From: Acetatifactor sp.
GTDB taxonomy: Bacteria; Bacillota; Clostridia; Lachnospirales; Lachnospiraceae
DNA: 64,000 bases
Reading direction: 5' to 3'
NCBI GenBank assembly: GCA_045123675.1
Contig: JBGVKL010000086.1
Span: 29,860-93,859 of the forward strand
Position 1 is the first letter of the stretch. Each line of letters opens with the position of its first letter. Shown here one piece after another: positions 18,890 through 28,980 of the stretch. The translations under genes and the position numbers were made by a program. Below the pieces are notes generated by a model that worked only from the letters and a program-made list of their open reading frames with translations, searched no databases and was not told the DNA's origin.

Positions 18890-19812
18890 GAATTCCCCTT
18901 AAGTTCCCTTACCCATACTTCCGTCCATGCGGGCACGAATCCCGCCTTCAGCCCCACGTTCTGGGATACCGTGTGCGATTCACTGGTTCCGTAAAAAGGA
19001 ACCTTACCTCTACGTAATATTTCTTCCTTTAATGTTCTGACCAATTTATGTCCCAGACCTTGTCCGGCATGGCCCTTGTCTACATTAATACCAATTTGCC
19101 ACAGATACTTACCATCCCCGCTGACACCTGCCATACCTGCCATTTGAGACTGGTCGAAGGATTTTGTATCTCCGCATTTCTCTGCACTTTCCCGCAATGC
19201 TGCTACTGCCAACACATCCGGCGTCCCTTCCCAGAAACAAATCGCGCTGGCGAAACGGTTATTCTCCTTGAACTGTAAGATTTCTTCCTGCTCGAACCAG
19301 ACATAATTGAGCGACTCTTTCCTCTGCAAACTCTCTTCCACTTCTTCCGGCAAAAAAAACACATGTGTATCCTGAATTTCATGTCCGAACTCTTTCAGCT
19401 TCTCGTCCAGCTTCCTCAAATTCTGAAAACTACAGAACCACTCCGGCGGATACTGGGCGTACTGCTTTAGCACCCAATCATAAATCTTCTCATCACAACA
19501 AATAAACAACTGCCCCAAACAGATAATTGCCCAAAAGAAACTACTGCGTTCCGCATAGATACGGGCACCGCTCTGCCTTAGCATATCCTCTCCTTTGCTC
19601 TTATCGGCCTTGCTATCAGAATCTCCTGCATTCATGTCCGGCGTATTTTTACAAATAAACACCCTGCGTTCCCGCTTAGCACAATATTCTTCCCAAGGAA
19701 GTCCCACATCCAGACAAAACTGCTTTCTTGCCGTTTCCAGACACTCCTTGTCCAAAATCAAACTGTTACTCACGCTTCTTTTCTCTCCTAACTCAATTCC
19801 CCCGGACACCAT
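18886..19812 (-). CDS. GNAT family N-acetyltransferase
   Basis: WQIGINV...GQGLG acetyl-CoA loop; PFYGT-SH-SQ-AGF. Confidence 0.85.
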   Translation of the reverse strand: MVSGGIELGEKRSVSNSLILDKECLETARKQFCLDVGLPWEEYCAKRERRVFICKNTPDMNAGDSDSKADKSKGEDMLRQSGARIYAERSSFFWAIICLGQLFICCDEKIYDWVLKQYAQYPPEWFCSFQNLRKLDEKLKEFGHEIQDTHVFFLPEEVEESLQRKESLNYVWFEQEEILQFKENNRFASAICFWEGTPDVLAVAALRESAEKCGDTKSFDQSQMAGMAGVSGDGKYLWQIGINVDKGHAGQGLGHKLVRTLKEEILRRGKVPFYGTSESHTVSQNVGLKAGFVPAWTEVWVRELKGNS

Positions 19813-19816
19813 TCCA

Positions 19817-20971
19817 TTACTTCCCGGGTGGTCCCGCTATAATCTCCCTGTCCGCTGCCGGATACACGTTCATCAGCTGCACGGTAAAATTTTTGCCTTC
19901 CAGCTTCACATGCACAATCGCAGGACCGTCTGCAATATAAAAAGCATCCTTCAATTCAGAAAAATCCGTAATCTCCAGCATTCTGGCAACACTTTCCTGA
20001 AACTCTCCTTCCGGTTCATCCCAGTTTGTAATATCCACACCGGCTTCTAAGCTATATCTGGTCTCTTCTAACCAATCATCACTTTCTGACACATACGGAT
20101 CCATATAGGCAATCTCCATAACGTCACGTATCTCGCTAATCTTTTTTTGATCCTCTATCATCTGAGACTTAAAAACATACTCCGACATATCATAGGCCAT
20201 CCATTTTGCACATAATGATACACCTGCCAGCACTACGATTACGGCAATACCACTACACATATTCATTCTGTTCTTGCGGTTTGCGTCAATTTCCACATCA
20301 TCCTTATATTTCTGCACATTCATCTGGTTACGGAAAATCAATACAGGCACAAGCCACAGCACATCCATAATCAGCAGTAGCACAAACAGGACCATGGTAT
20401 CATCTCCCATAAAAGACCACTTGTACAAATAATAAAAGCTGGCACCTACCATTGCTAAACATGCCAAAATGCTCAGCCCCATCAATACTTTACTGGTTTT
20501 ACTTGCTTGTGGCACATCCGGACCCTGAAAGTTCTGTCCCGGCATCCGTCCCTTGTTTTCCGGCATCTGCTCCAGCACACACTCATAGGCCCGCTTATCC
20601 TCCGGCACCGAATAACCGTACTTTTCCAGTCTTTTAAAATAAGCCCATCCGGAAATTACCAGATAGCCAAAGATAATCAGTAACATACCACCTAGGAACA
20701 GCCCATACAGGGTAATAAGCATTAACACTGCACTGAAACGACCGGATATCCAATAGATATTCGTACAGATAAGCACCAGCGATACTGCCAAAAAACCTCC
20801 TGCAATGGCTGCACCTATGGCATACTGCCTTACCTGGCGTTTGTCATATTTAATTCTTGTGGCAGTATGTGAACCGTATCTTTTTTTATATGCCTCTGTG
20901 TTCCGTGTACTTTTTGTAACACTCCAGATAATCCAAAACAATAATAACCCGTAAATTACACTAAAAATCAT
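19817..20971 (-). CDS. Hypothetical multi-pass membrane protein
   Basis: About six TM helices plus a C-terminal acidic soluble domain; tightly packed with neighbours. Confidence 0.65.
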   Translation of the reverse strand: MIFSVIYGLLLFWIIWSVTKSTRNTEAYKKRYGSHTATRIKYDKRQVRQYAIGAAIAGGFLAVSLVLICTNIYWISGRFSAVLMLITLYGLFLGGMLLIIFGYLVISGWAYFKRLEKYGYSVPEDKRAYECVLEQMPENKGRMPGQNFQGPDVPQASKTSKVLMGLSILACLAMVGASFYYLYKWSFMGDDTMVLFVLLLIMDVLWLVPVLIFRNQMNVQKYKDDVEIDANRKNRMNMCSGIAVIVVLAGVSLCAKWMAYDMSEYVFKSQMIEDQKKISEIRDVMEIAYMDPYVSESDDWLEETRYSLEAGVDITNWDEPEGEFQESVARMLEITDFSELKDAFYIADGPAIVHVKLEGKNFTVQLMNVYPAADREIIAGPPGK

Positions 20972-20980
20972 ATGTATCCC

Positions 20981-21601
20981 CTACTTTTCAAACACGAACG
21001 TACCAACCTCATAAGGATGGTCCAAAAACAGTATCTCTTTCGCTTCTGTGCGATATTTCAAAATATTTAAAATAATCATCATATCACCGCCACCGCCGAC
21101 TATCATAACCACACCAAGCAATAAAAGCAATGACTGGCCCAAAATAATTCCCAGTACCGATGGTATAAATCCAAGCACTATTGTAGGCATAATGGCCGCT
21201 AAAATCATAGGTCCCTTTTTCATAGGAGTGCTACAGGTACAATACGGTGTCAAATACTGCCAAATTACACCAAATTCAATGGACTTCCAACCATCCTTAG
21301 CATAAAAAGACCAAGTCAGTCCATGTATCAGTTCATGCAGCACAATGCAAACTAACATACCTATTACAAATAAACCCATACTGCTTGGCGGCAGAAAAGG
21401 ATATCCGTGTAACAATACATAGGGAACAAACACAATCAACAAAAATGGTAACGCAATTACCAAAGCCAGAACATTTGCTGCCAACACTCCGATTTTTAGT
21501 TCTACAGGCTTATATCCCTGCTTATCCATTTCTTCACACAAGGCTTCCAACTGCGCCTTTCTGCGTTCTTCTGCTTTGGATAATTTTCTTTCCTTGCTCA
21601 T
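20981..21601 (-). CDS. DUF3267 family putative membrane zinc metallopeptidase
   Basis: HELIHG (HExxH), PYCTC, GGGGD, DHP..VG motifs. Confidence 0.85.
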   Translation of the reverse strand: MSKERKLSKAEERRKAQLEALCEEMDKQGYKPVELKIGVLAANVLALVIALPFLLIVFVPYVLLHGYPFLPPSSMGLFVIGMLVCIVLHELIHGLTWSFYAKDGWKSIEFGVIWQYLTPYCTCSTPMKKGPMILAAIMPTIVLGFIPSVLGIILGQSLLLLLGVVMIVGGGGDMMIILNILKYRTEAKEILFLDHPYEVGTFVFEK

Positions 21602-21643
21602 TTTACGCCTCCGCTGTTATATGACTTCTTTACAAGTCACTTT

Positions 21644-22486
21644 CTACTCCACATGCAAATACTGATAAATCTCCCGCTTTCCTACACCTCGGTCCTTGGC
21701 CACCTGCTTCATGGCAGACTTCTCATCCATACCTTGGGCTTCATAGTAGGCCATATGCTCCTCGATACTCATATCTTCCCAAGACGCAATTTCTTCCTTA
21801 CGCTTCTCTTCCAAGCTCTTACCTTCCAATACCAGCACATACTCACCTCTGGGTTCCTCGGTCTTATAATACTCCAGCGCCTGCTCCAGAGTGGTAGGAA
21901 GAATGGTTTCAAACTTCTTGGTCAACTCCCTGCAAAGAGTAATCTTACGTTCCCCTAATGCACTGTACAACTCCTCTAAGGTTCTCACCAAATGATGGGG
22001 CGCCTCATACAAAATCATAGTACGGCTTTCATTCTGAAGTTCCTTTAATACTGCTGCCTTTTCTTTCTTATCTGCCGGCAAAAATCCTTCGAAGCAAAAT
22101 CGTCTGGTACTAAGTCCCGACAACGTTAACGCTGTAATGCAGGCGGCCGGTCCCGGCAGACTCGTCACCGTAATTCCCTGCTCATGGCACATCCGCACCA
22201 GCACCTCTCCCGGGTCCGAAATAGCAGGTGTACCGGCATCCGTAATCAGCGCAATATTCTGTCCGTTCTGCATCTGCCCAATCAGCTGATGCGCCTTCTC
22301 CACCTTATTATATTCATGGTAACTGGTCATGGGTATATGTATATCAAAGTGGTTCAGTAGTTTGATACTATTTCGGGTATCCTCCGCCGCAATCACATCC
22401 ACCATATTCAAAGTCTCTACCACCCGGGGCGTAATATCCCCTAAATTACCGATGGGGGTGGCACATAAATATAATTTTCCTGCCAT
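21644..22486 (-). CDS. rsmI: 16S rRNA (cytidine1402-2'-O)-methyltransferase
   Basis: LYLCATPIGNLGDIT, AAEDTR, DAGTPAISDPG, FEGFLP, RELTKKFE. Confidence 0.97.
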   Translation of the reverse strand: MAGKLYLCATPIGNLGDITPRVVETLNMVDVIAAEDTRNSIKLLNHFDIHIPMTSYHEYNKVEKAHQLIGQMQNGQNIALITDAGTPAISDPGEVLVRMCHEQGITVTSLPGPAACITALTLSGLSTRRFCFEGFLPADKKEKAAVLKELQNESRTMILYEAPHHLVRTLEELYSALGERKITLCRELTKKFETILPTTLEQALEYYKTEEPRGEYVLVLEGKSLEEKRKEEIASWEDMSIEEHMAYYEAQGMDEKSAMKQVAKDRGVGKREIYQYLHVE

Positions 22487-22518
22487 GATTAATCCTTTCT
22501 CCGATCATTCTCAAATAG

Positions 22519-22746
22519 CTATCCCTTTGGCATTACCAGCCAAATATCCAGCACATCTTCAATATCTGTAATAGACATACCAAGCTTTCGAAAAATAATA
22601 ATTTCCCGAAGCCTTGTCACATCTTCTTCACTGTACTCCCGATAACCGTTCTCGCCTCGCTGAGGATTGATTAATCCTTCTTTTTCATAAAATCGCACCG
22701 TCGCTCTGGGCACCTCTAAGTGTTGCTCAACCTCTTTAATTGTCAT
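22519..22746 (-). pseudogene. MerR-family regulator remnant (HTH only, 75 aa)
   Basis: MTIKEV...VRFYEKEGLINPQRGENGYREYSEEDV, ending just after the HTH with no coiled coil or effector domain; AGGAGG RBS. Confidence 0.6.
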
Positions 22747-22781
22747 AACAAAATCCTCCTGTTTTCTTTGATGATGAGCAC

Positions 22782-22812
22782 ACTGTAAGGTATAAACAAG
22801 GTTTACAGTCAA
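22782..22812 (-). promoter_or_regulatory. MerR-type promoter/operator
   Basis: Minus strand TTGACT-N19-TACAGT with spacer dyad TGTAAAC-ctt-GTTTATA. Confidence 0.7.
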
Positions 22813-22833
22813 GGGGTTTTTGTAATTTTTTCT

Positions 22834-23571
22834 CTAATACCCATAAATATCATAAATCTCCGGCATGTACACGCCCGGTTCCTTGTATACAATCAGAGGC
22901 TTCTCTACCGTCATACGTGACTTGCCGCCACGAGTAGCTTCTATGAGTACCATATTAGGTTCTTTATCTATGTAAGGATACACTAACTGCATACGCTTAG
23001 GTTCCAGCTTGTACTGCACCAGCGTAGTCATGATTTCTGCCAGACGAAAAGGTCTGTGCACCATGAAAAAGTGTCCGCCCGGCTTAAGTAGCTTCGCCGC
23101 CTGAGAGATCACGTCCTCCAACGTGCAAAGTACCTCATGGCGCGCAATAGCCTTGGGGGCGTCCGGGTTAGTCAGCCCATGCTGACCGATCATATAGGGT
23201 GGATTGCAGGTAATAATATCAAAAGAAGCAGACTTAAATATCCTGTCTGCTTCCTTAATATCGCCTGTTACAATATCAATTTTTTCAGAAAGTCCGTTCA
23301 GCTCCACACTGCGCCTTGCCATATCTGCGCTTTCCTCCTGGATTTCCAGGCCTGTTAAATGCGCAGCCTCTGTCTTCGCCTCCATAAGAATCGGTATAAT
23401 ACCGGTTCCGGTGCCCATATCCAGCACTATGTCACCCTTCTTCGCCTTGGCAAAGCCGGACAACAGCACTGCGTCCATGCCGAAACAAAACTTTTCAGGA
23501 TTCTGAATAATCTGATACCCATTTCTCTGCAATTCATCCAAACGTTCCTTGTCCTTCAGATTAATTGTCAT
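22834..23571 (-). CDS. yabB: tRNA1(Val) A37 N6-methyltransferase (YabB/TrmN6 family)
   Basis: FCFGMDAVLL, DMGTGTG, CNPPY, IARHE; syntenic between yaaT and rsmI. Confidence 0.9.
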   Translation of the reverse strand: MTINLKDKERLDELQRNGYQIIQNPEKFCFGMDAVLLSGFAKAKKGDIVLDMGTGTGIIPILMEAKTEAAHLTGLEIQEESADMARRSVELNGLSEKIDIVTGDIKEADRIFKSASFDIITCNPPYMIGQHGLTNPDAPKAIARHEVLCTLEDVISQAAKLLKPGGHFFMVHRPFRLAEIMTTLVQYKLEPKRMQLVYPYIDKEPNMVLIEATRGGKSRMTVEKPLIVYKEPGVYMPEIYDIYGY

Positions 23572-24469
23572 CGAGTTTTGATTTTCCTTCCTGTTTTTCT
23601 AAGCGCTCCAATTCACGCATTTCTTCCTTGGATAACTCCATCTTTTCTTTCTTATGACGCTTCTTGAAACGAAGCTTGCTTGCTTCATATTCGCGAATTT
23701 CCTTCTCGTCACCATTCTCAACTACTACCTTAACCAGCTGACGAAGCACATTCACACTCTGTACCTCACCCTTATAACCATCGTCGGTAGTTACGAAGTC
23801 ACCCACACCCGGAAGCTTGCGGTTCAGCTCCTCATAAGTTTCCTCTTCATGCTTCAAGCAACACATCAAACGTCCGCATACACCGGAAATCTTGGTCGGG
23901 TTCAGAGATAAATTTTGCTCCTTCGCCATCTTAATAGATACCGGAATAAAATCAGACAAATGTGTATGACAGCAAAGGGGTCTGCCACAAATACCGATAC
24001 CACCCACAATCTTGGTCTCATCGCGAACACCAATCTGACGAAGCTCGATACGTGTCTTAAATACTGCTGCCAAATCCTTTACCAGCTCACGGAAGTCAAT
24101 ACGACCGTCCGCGGTAAAATAAAACAACACTTTATTATTGTCAAAGGTATACTCTGCATCAATCAGCTTCATTTCCAGACCATGCTTACGAATCTTCTCT
24201 AAGCAAATCCTGTATGCTTCTTTCTCCTTTTCCTTGTTCGCAGCCTCCTGCTCCACATCACGCTGGTTTGCAATACGAAGTACCGGCTTCAAAGGCTGAA
24301 TTACCTTATCATCCTCCACATCCTTCATATCACTTACCGCTGTACCGAACTCAATACCTCTGGCAGTCTCTACGATAACATTATCACCCTTTTTGATATT
24401 GTATTTGCCCGGGTCAAAGAAATATATTTTACCTGCTGTACGAAAACGGATTCCAACTACTTTAATCAT
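23561..24469 (-). CDS. ricT: PSP1-domain protein RicT/YaaT
   Basis: GKIYFF, YFTADGRIDFRELVK, RIELRQIGVRDE, GICGRPLCC, GVCGRLMCCL. Confidence 0.93.
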   Translation of the reverse strand: MIKVVGIRFRTAGKIYFFDPGKYNIKKGDNVIVETARGIEFGTAVSDMKDVEDDKVIQPLKPVLRIANQRDVEQEAANKEKEKEAYRICLEKIRKHGLEMKLIDAEYTFDNNKVLFYFTADGRIDFRELVKDLAAVFKTRIELRQIGVRDETKIVGGIGICGRPLCCHTHLSDFIPVSIKMAKEQNLSLNPTKISGVCGRLMCCLKHEEETYEELNRKLPGVGDFVTTDDGYKGEVQSVNVLRQLVKVVVENGDEKEIREYEASKLRFKKRHKKEKMELSKEEMRELERLEKQEGKSKLDDN

Positions 24470-24507
24470 AATACTCTCCAATCTATCACCACAAATTTTA
24501 CTTTTTG

Positions 24508-24535
24508 AGTATATCATATATTTTGATTTATGCAA
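24508..24535 (-). promoter_or_regulatory. Putative promoter for ricT-yabB
   Basis: Minus strand TTGCAT-N16-TATACT with extended -10 TG. Confidence 0.5.
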
Positions 24536-24691
24536 AGTGAAAAAGTTGGGAAATAATTCCCACCACATAAACGCAACGTTGATTGTACTTTTCCTCTGTT
24601 TATACTAAAATGTTTTATATAAGGCACTGCCAAATTACTCATATCAAGAAGAGTATCAAAATATTATAAATGAATCAACGGAGGACAAAAC

Positions 24692-25402
24692 TTGGAAGCA
24701 GCGAAATTAGGAGCTTTTATTGCGCAATTAAGAAAAGATGCGAACATGACGCAGGCTGAGCTTGCGCAGAAATTAAATGTTACGGTGCAGGCGGTCAGTA
24801 AGTGGGAGCGCGGCAAAGGATTGCCGGACATTAATACACTGGAACCTTTGGCAGCGGCACTTGGTGTCAGCATTATTGAACTCATGAAAGCGCAGCGCGC
24901 AGAAACCTCCATCCCTTCAGAAGAGATAGATTCTGCTGCGAAGGACATTTTTTCCTTTTTGAAAGGTGCCAGAAAACTACAGACCAGGACAAATATCTTT
25001 CGCGGACTCATTGCATGTGCCCTTCTCTGCCTTTGCATTTGGGCCGGATGGCAGATTTATGCTTATTATAACCCCTATCTGGAAATCCGCTGCGGTACTG
25101 CACATGACGATGATATCTTAAAGACTTACCCACATGTTATTATCATTGATAAATCCCTGTTCGGTTACTCCGACATAGTCAAGCAACAGCTTAAAGAGTG
25201 GCATGTGGCAGTTACTGACATGGAAATCGCCATAGGCAACAAATATACGAAGCCTATGGCGGTCATTAATGAATTTGAAATTAAAAACGATAAAACCTAT
25301 GTTTATTACAAGGGCTTTGGCACATCCAAAACAACAGGCGAATCGGAAATCATTAACGAAGTAATTGTCTTCGACTTCGTCCTGACGGAAAATCTGCCCT
25401 AG
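24692..25402 (+). CDS. XRE-family HTH regulator with a TM helix and C-terminal extracytoplasmic domain
   Basis: LRK...MTQAELAQKLNVTVQAVSKWERGKGLPD, TM helix GLIACALLCLCIWAGW; GGAGG RBS before TTG. Confidence 0.85.
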   Translation: MEAAKLGAFIAQLRKDANMTQAELAQKLNVTVQAVSKWERGKGLPDINTLEPLAAALGVSIIELMKAQRAETSIPSEEIDSAAKDIFSFLKGARKLQTRTNIFRGLIACALLCLCIWAGWQIYAYYNPYLEIRCGTAHDDDILKTYPHVIIIDKSLFGYSDIVKQQLKEWHVAVTDMEIAIGNKYTKPMAVINEFEIKNDKTYVYYKGFGTSKTTGESEIINEVIVFDFVLTENLP

Positions 25403-27348
25403 CCTTGTACGGATGTGGCAATTTTCATCTCAAAAGGTGCCATGCTAATCTGTTCCTCACCATACACAAACTGCTGTACCTTATCGGTGTTGTTAAAGAG
25501 AAATGAGACCTTCTTGCCGGCTCCCATACGGGTGGTAAGCTCCACGTTATCAGGCAAGCCTTCCACATACTCTATCTGTGCTACATCCAAAATATCCTTA
25601 ACCAGTTTATTGTAAAACGTCTTTTCTCCGACGGTTCCTATGTAATACGCCTTACCTGCACCGTAGGAATTGCAAGTAACTGCTGCCTTGCCTTTGTAAT
25701 ATTCACTATCGTAATACGCAAGCACTTCCGCAGTCTCCGGTACCAGAATATCGCACCACTGCTTACATTCACAGGTACTGCCGTCTGCCAGATGCAAAAC
25801 TGCCTTATCATAACCAATGGGATTGTATTCTTCCACATAAGCGCCAGCCAACTGACGATATACGGTAGGAAGCAGCTCCATAATACAGTTATTATTGGCA
25901 TCCTTCACACCGCTTCGGTTGGTCAGGATGACCGTACCACCTTTTTCTGCAAACTTATATAACCGCTCTGCCACACCACTGTTAGTTATGTACATCTCTG
26001 GTGCCACCACAATCTTGTAAGTCGAAATATCCTCGTGCTCTCCGATAATATCCACATTCAAACCATATTTCAGGAATGCCCCATGCAAACGCTGTATCTG
26101 TTCGTAATAATACATACCGTTTGTCTGAGGCTGGATTTTAAATGCCCATTCGTTATCCGCAGAATAGAGAATTGCCACATCACTACAAATCTCCGTATCC
26201 TGTACTGCTTCCAGCTCCTTTGCCTGCTTACACAAATCTGCAAACTCCTCAAATCTTCTGCCGGGCACATTAGAATGGTCAATTAAGCCATGCCAAAACA
26301 TTTCGGCGCCGCTTACTGCACTTCTCCAACGGAAATGAACGACCGTGTCCGCACCATGGGCAAAGGACTGCAAAGAGTATCCCTTTAGCATACCGGGGGA
26401 GGGCATTCCGGACATAGGTGACCAGCAACCCATTCCGCCACTCAACTCTTCCATAATCCAGAACTTCTGTCGTTTCACTCCGCGCATCAAATCCAAATGG
26501 AAAGCATGGGTATAGCATTCCTCCGGATTGTCCGGGATTCTGGAGGTTGGATAATTATCATAAGATACAAAATCAAGGTCTTCAAATTCTTTATAAAAGT
26601 CCGGCATATTCTCACAAAACCATGTGTTGGTGGTAATCTGTGCGCCCGGGTGGTTACGACGAATCATTTCCTTCTGCCTGTTTGCAAACTGAATGACACT
26701 ATCGGAAGCATATCGGTTAAAATCTAACATGAATGCCGGATTCAGCCATGCATGAGGATAGCTTCCGTAAGGAGGTTTGATCTGCTCCCAGGAAGAATAC
26801 TCTCCACTCCAGACATTGTTACCATATGCCTTGTTCAAATTTTCAAGGGTACCGTATTTCTCCTTCAGCCAGTCACGAAACTGTCCGATACAACGTTCGC
26901 AGAAGCAGAAGTTAGCCTCCAGCTCATTGTCAATCTGCCATGCTATCACTGCCTTATTGTTTGCATAACGCTTCGTCATTACTTCTACAATACGATCTGC
27001 ATATCTAAGGAAATCCGGGTTATTATAACATCTGTGTCCACGGATACCGGTAGCAATCTTGCGACCGTCCTTCCCCGTCTGTACTGCATCCGGGTACTTC
27101 TCATACAACCACAAGGGAGGACAGCTGGTAGGGGTACATAATACGATCTCCATTCCTCTTTTCGCCAAAATCTCCACTATTTCATCCAGCCACTCAAAAT
27201 CAAAAACACCCTCCTGCGGCTCCATTTTACACCAGGCGAACTCCGCCATACGGACAACCTTGACCCCTGTTTTCTTCATTAAATCTGCATCCGCCACCCA
27301 AAGGGATTTATCCCAATGCTCCGGATAGTAATCCACACCTATTCGCAT
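25399..27348 (-). CDS. Beta-galactosidase, glycoside hydrolase family 42
   Basis: GVDYYPEHW, MAEFAW..MEP, WQIDNE (acid/base), WIMEE (nucleophile), FRWR, EMFWHG. Confidence 0.93.
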   Translation of the reverse strand: MRIGVDYYPEHWDKSLWVADADLMKKTGVKVVRMAEFAWCKMEPQEGVFDFEWLDEIVEILAKRGMEIVLCTPTSCPPLWLYEKYPDAVQTGKDGRKIATGIRGHRCYNNPDFLRYADRIVEVMTKRYANNKAVIAWQIDNELEANFCFCERCIGQFRDWLKEKYGTLENLNKAYGNNVWSGEYSSWEQIKPPYGSYPHAWLNPAFMLDFNRYASDSVIQFANRQKEMIRRNHPGAQITTNTWFCENMPDFYKEFEDLDFVSYDNYPTSRIPDNPEECYTHAFHLDLMRGVKRQKFWIMEELSGGMGCWSPMSGMPSPGMLKGYSLQSFAHGADTVVHFRWRSAVSGAEMFWHGLIDHSNVPGRRFEEFADLCKQAKELEAVQDTEICSDVAILYSADNEWAFKIQPQTNGMYYYEQIQRLHGAFLKYGLNVDIIGEHEDISTYKIVVAPEMYITNSGVAERLYKFAEKGGTVILTNRSGVKDANNNCIMELLPTVYRQLAGAYVEEYNPIGYDKAVLHLADGSTCECKQWCDILVPETAEVLAYYDSEYYKGKAAVTCNSYGAGKAYYIGTVGEKTFYNKLVKDILDVAQIEYVEGLPDNVELTTRMGAGKKVSFLFNNTDKVQQFVYGEEQISMAPFEMKIATSVQG

Positions 27349-27412
27349 ACATTTGCCTCCTAAAACCACAGTGGCGTGCAGAAATATATTTCCACACGCC
27401 ATCCTAATTTAC

Positions 27413-28405
27413 TTAACCATTTTCTTGAATTTCCAATAACATCAGTTCCATCGCCAGGTCGAAGTTTACATTGGCATCCAAACGCTTCTTGGCTTTATCC
27501 AGCGCCCGGATTACTTTTTCAATACCTTCATAGCTGCTTCTTGCTGCCACTTTTCGAATGGACTGTATTTCTTCCCTGAATACAAGGTGATTTACATCAT
27601 TGGTAGCCTTAAATAATAAGACATCCCGATACCAAATGGACATAATATCCAGATAATCGTTTATCTCCAGCTTGTATTCACTTATCTTTTTTATGGCAGA
27701 AACAATTTCCTGAATCTCCATATCCTTAATATACTTCAGCAAAGACAAAGCCTCCGCCTTCACATTTTCAAACTCTTCCGAAGACGCCAAAAGCTTCGCT
27801 TTTCCTACATTTCCACGGGCAAAGGCAACACACACGTCCGCCTTGTAATCCGGTATCTGCAATTCTTCCATCAGATACTTTTTCACCAGCTCATCCCGCA
27901 CCGGTTTCATGTTAAGAACTACGCATCTGCTGAGAATCGTAGGAAGCAAGGTATTCACATTGGAAACCAAAAGCATAATCACTGCATACGCCGGCGGCTC
28001 CTCCAAGGTCTTCAAAATAGCATTCTGCGCCTGAGGTGTCATTTTCTCTGCTTCATTTATTATGTAAACCTTATATTTACTACTGTAGGGTTTAATCGCC
28101 ACATCATTATTTACCTGTGCACGAATATCATCTACACTGATAGTATTGGGTTTTTCATGACTTACATAAATAATATCCGGCTGGTTTTTGGATACGGTCT
28201 GCTTACAGGAACGACACTCATTACAAGGTTCCGTACCGCCTTTTTCACACTGCAGTGTCTGGGCAAATACCTTGGCAATAAACTCCTTACCGGAAGATTT
28301 CTCCCCATTCAGTATATAAGCATGGGACACCTTGCCTGTTGCAATTGCATTTTGTAAATGCTCCTTTATCTGTTCCTGTCCTATGATGTTTTGAAATCCT
28401 GCCAT
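27413..28405 (-). CDS. holB: DNA polymerase III subunit delta'
   Basis: SHAYIL, C...PCNECRSC zinc site, AQNAILKTLEEPP, TILSRC. Confidence 0.95.
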   Translation of the reverse strand: MAGFQNIIGQEQIKEHLQNAIATGKVSHAYILNGEKSSGKEFIAKVFAQTLQCEKGGTEPCNECRSCKQTVSKNQPDIIYVSHEKPNTISVDDIRAQVNNDVAIKPYSSKYKVYIINEAEKMTPQAQNAILKTLEEPPAYAVIMLLVSNVNTLLPTILSRCVVLNMKPVRDELVKKYLMEELQIPDYKADVCVAFARGNVGKAKLLASSEEFENVKAEALSLLKYIKDMEIQEIVSAIKKISEYKLEINDYLDIMSIWYRDVLLFKATNDVNHLVFREEIQSIRKVAARSSYEGIEKVIRALDKAKKRLDANVNFDLAMELMLLEIQENG

Positions 28406-28468
28406 AGTATGTCCCTCCTATTCTGCAAATTTATTACCATGTCACCGGCATTAAGCCATTCATACCTA

Positions 28469-28909
28469 TTACGTAAATATATCCAAAAGCAACCCTCGAA
28501 TCTCTCCAATGGTAGAAAGAATCTTCAGATTATCCTTTTCCTCTTTCATAAGCTCCTGCGTCAGTGCATCCAGATTTTCATCTATCAACCGAATGATACC
28601 GTACACACGATGCCTTCCTCTTCTGTCCAGAAAATTCTCTCTGGAAAACGCATGGGAACGACTCACCACTTCGTTCAAAAACTCCTTCACAAGCCCACGG
28701 TAATGTTTCATATCCCGCAGGTCTTTTTTCTTGGAAATTTTATCCCCTTCCATGGTAATAGCTTCCATTAAGGTCTGTAATCTGGCCTGCAGTTCTGTTT
28801 CCTGAATCTGACTGGTCAGTGTAAACTTAAAGCTTCCATCCCCCTGCGGGGCCTGAGTTGTATGCTCAATCTGCGGAGCTGAACTTACCTGATTCACTTT
28901 TATATCCAT
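28469..28909 (-). CDS. yaaR: YaaR/DUF327 family protein
   Basis: [21 protein letters not shown]; directly upstream of holB as in Bacillus. Confidence 0.88.
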   Translation of the reverse strand: MDIKVNQVSSAPQIEHTTQAPQGDGSFKFTLTSQIQETELQARLQTLMEAITMEGDKISKKKDLRDMKHYRGLVKEFLNEVVSRSHAFSRENFLDRRGRHRVYGIIRLIDENLDALTQELMKEEKDNLKILSTIGEIRGLLLDIFT

Positions 28910-28980
28910 GATACAGCCCCCTTTCCGGACTTCTTCCAACTATTCTGCCTTAAGTACAACCTTACGCTTGCCAACCTGTA

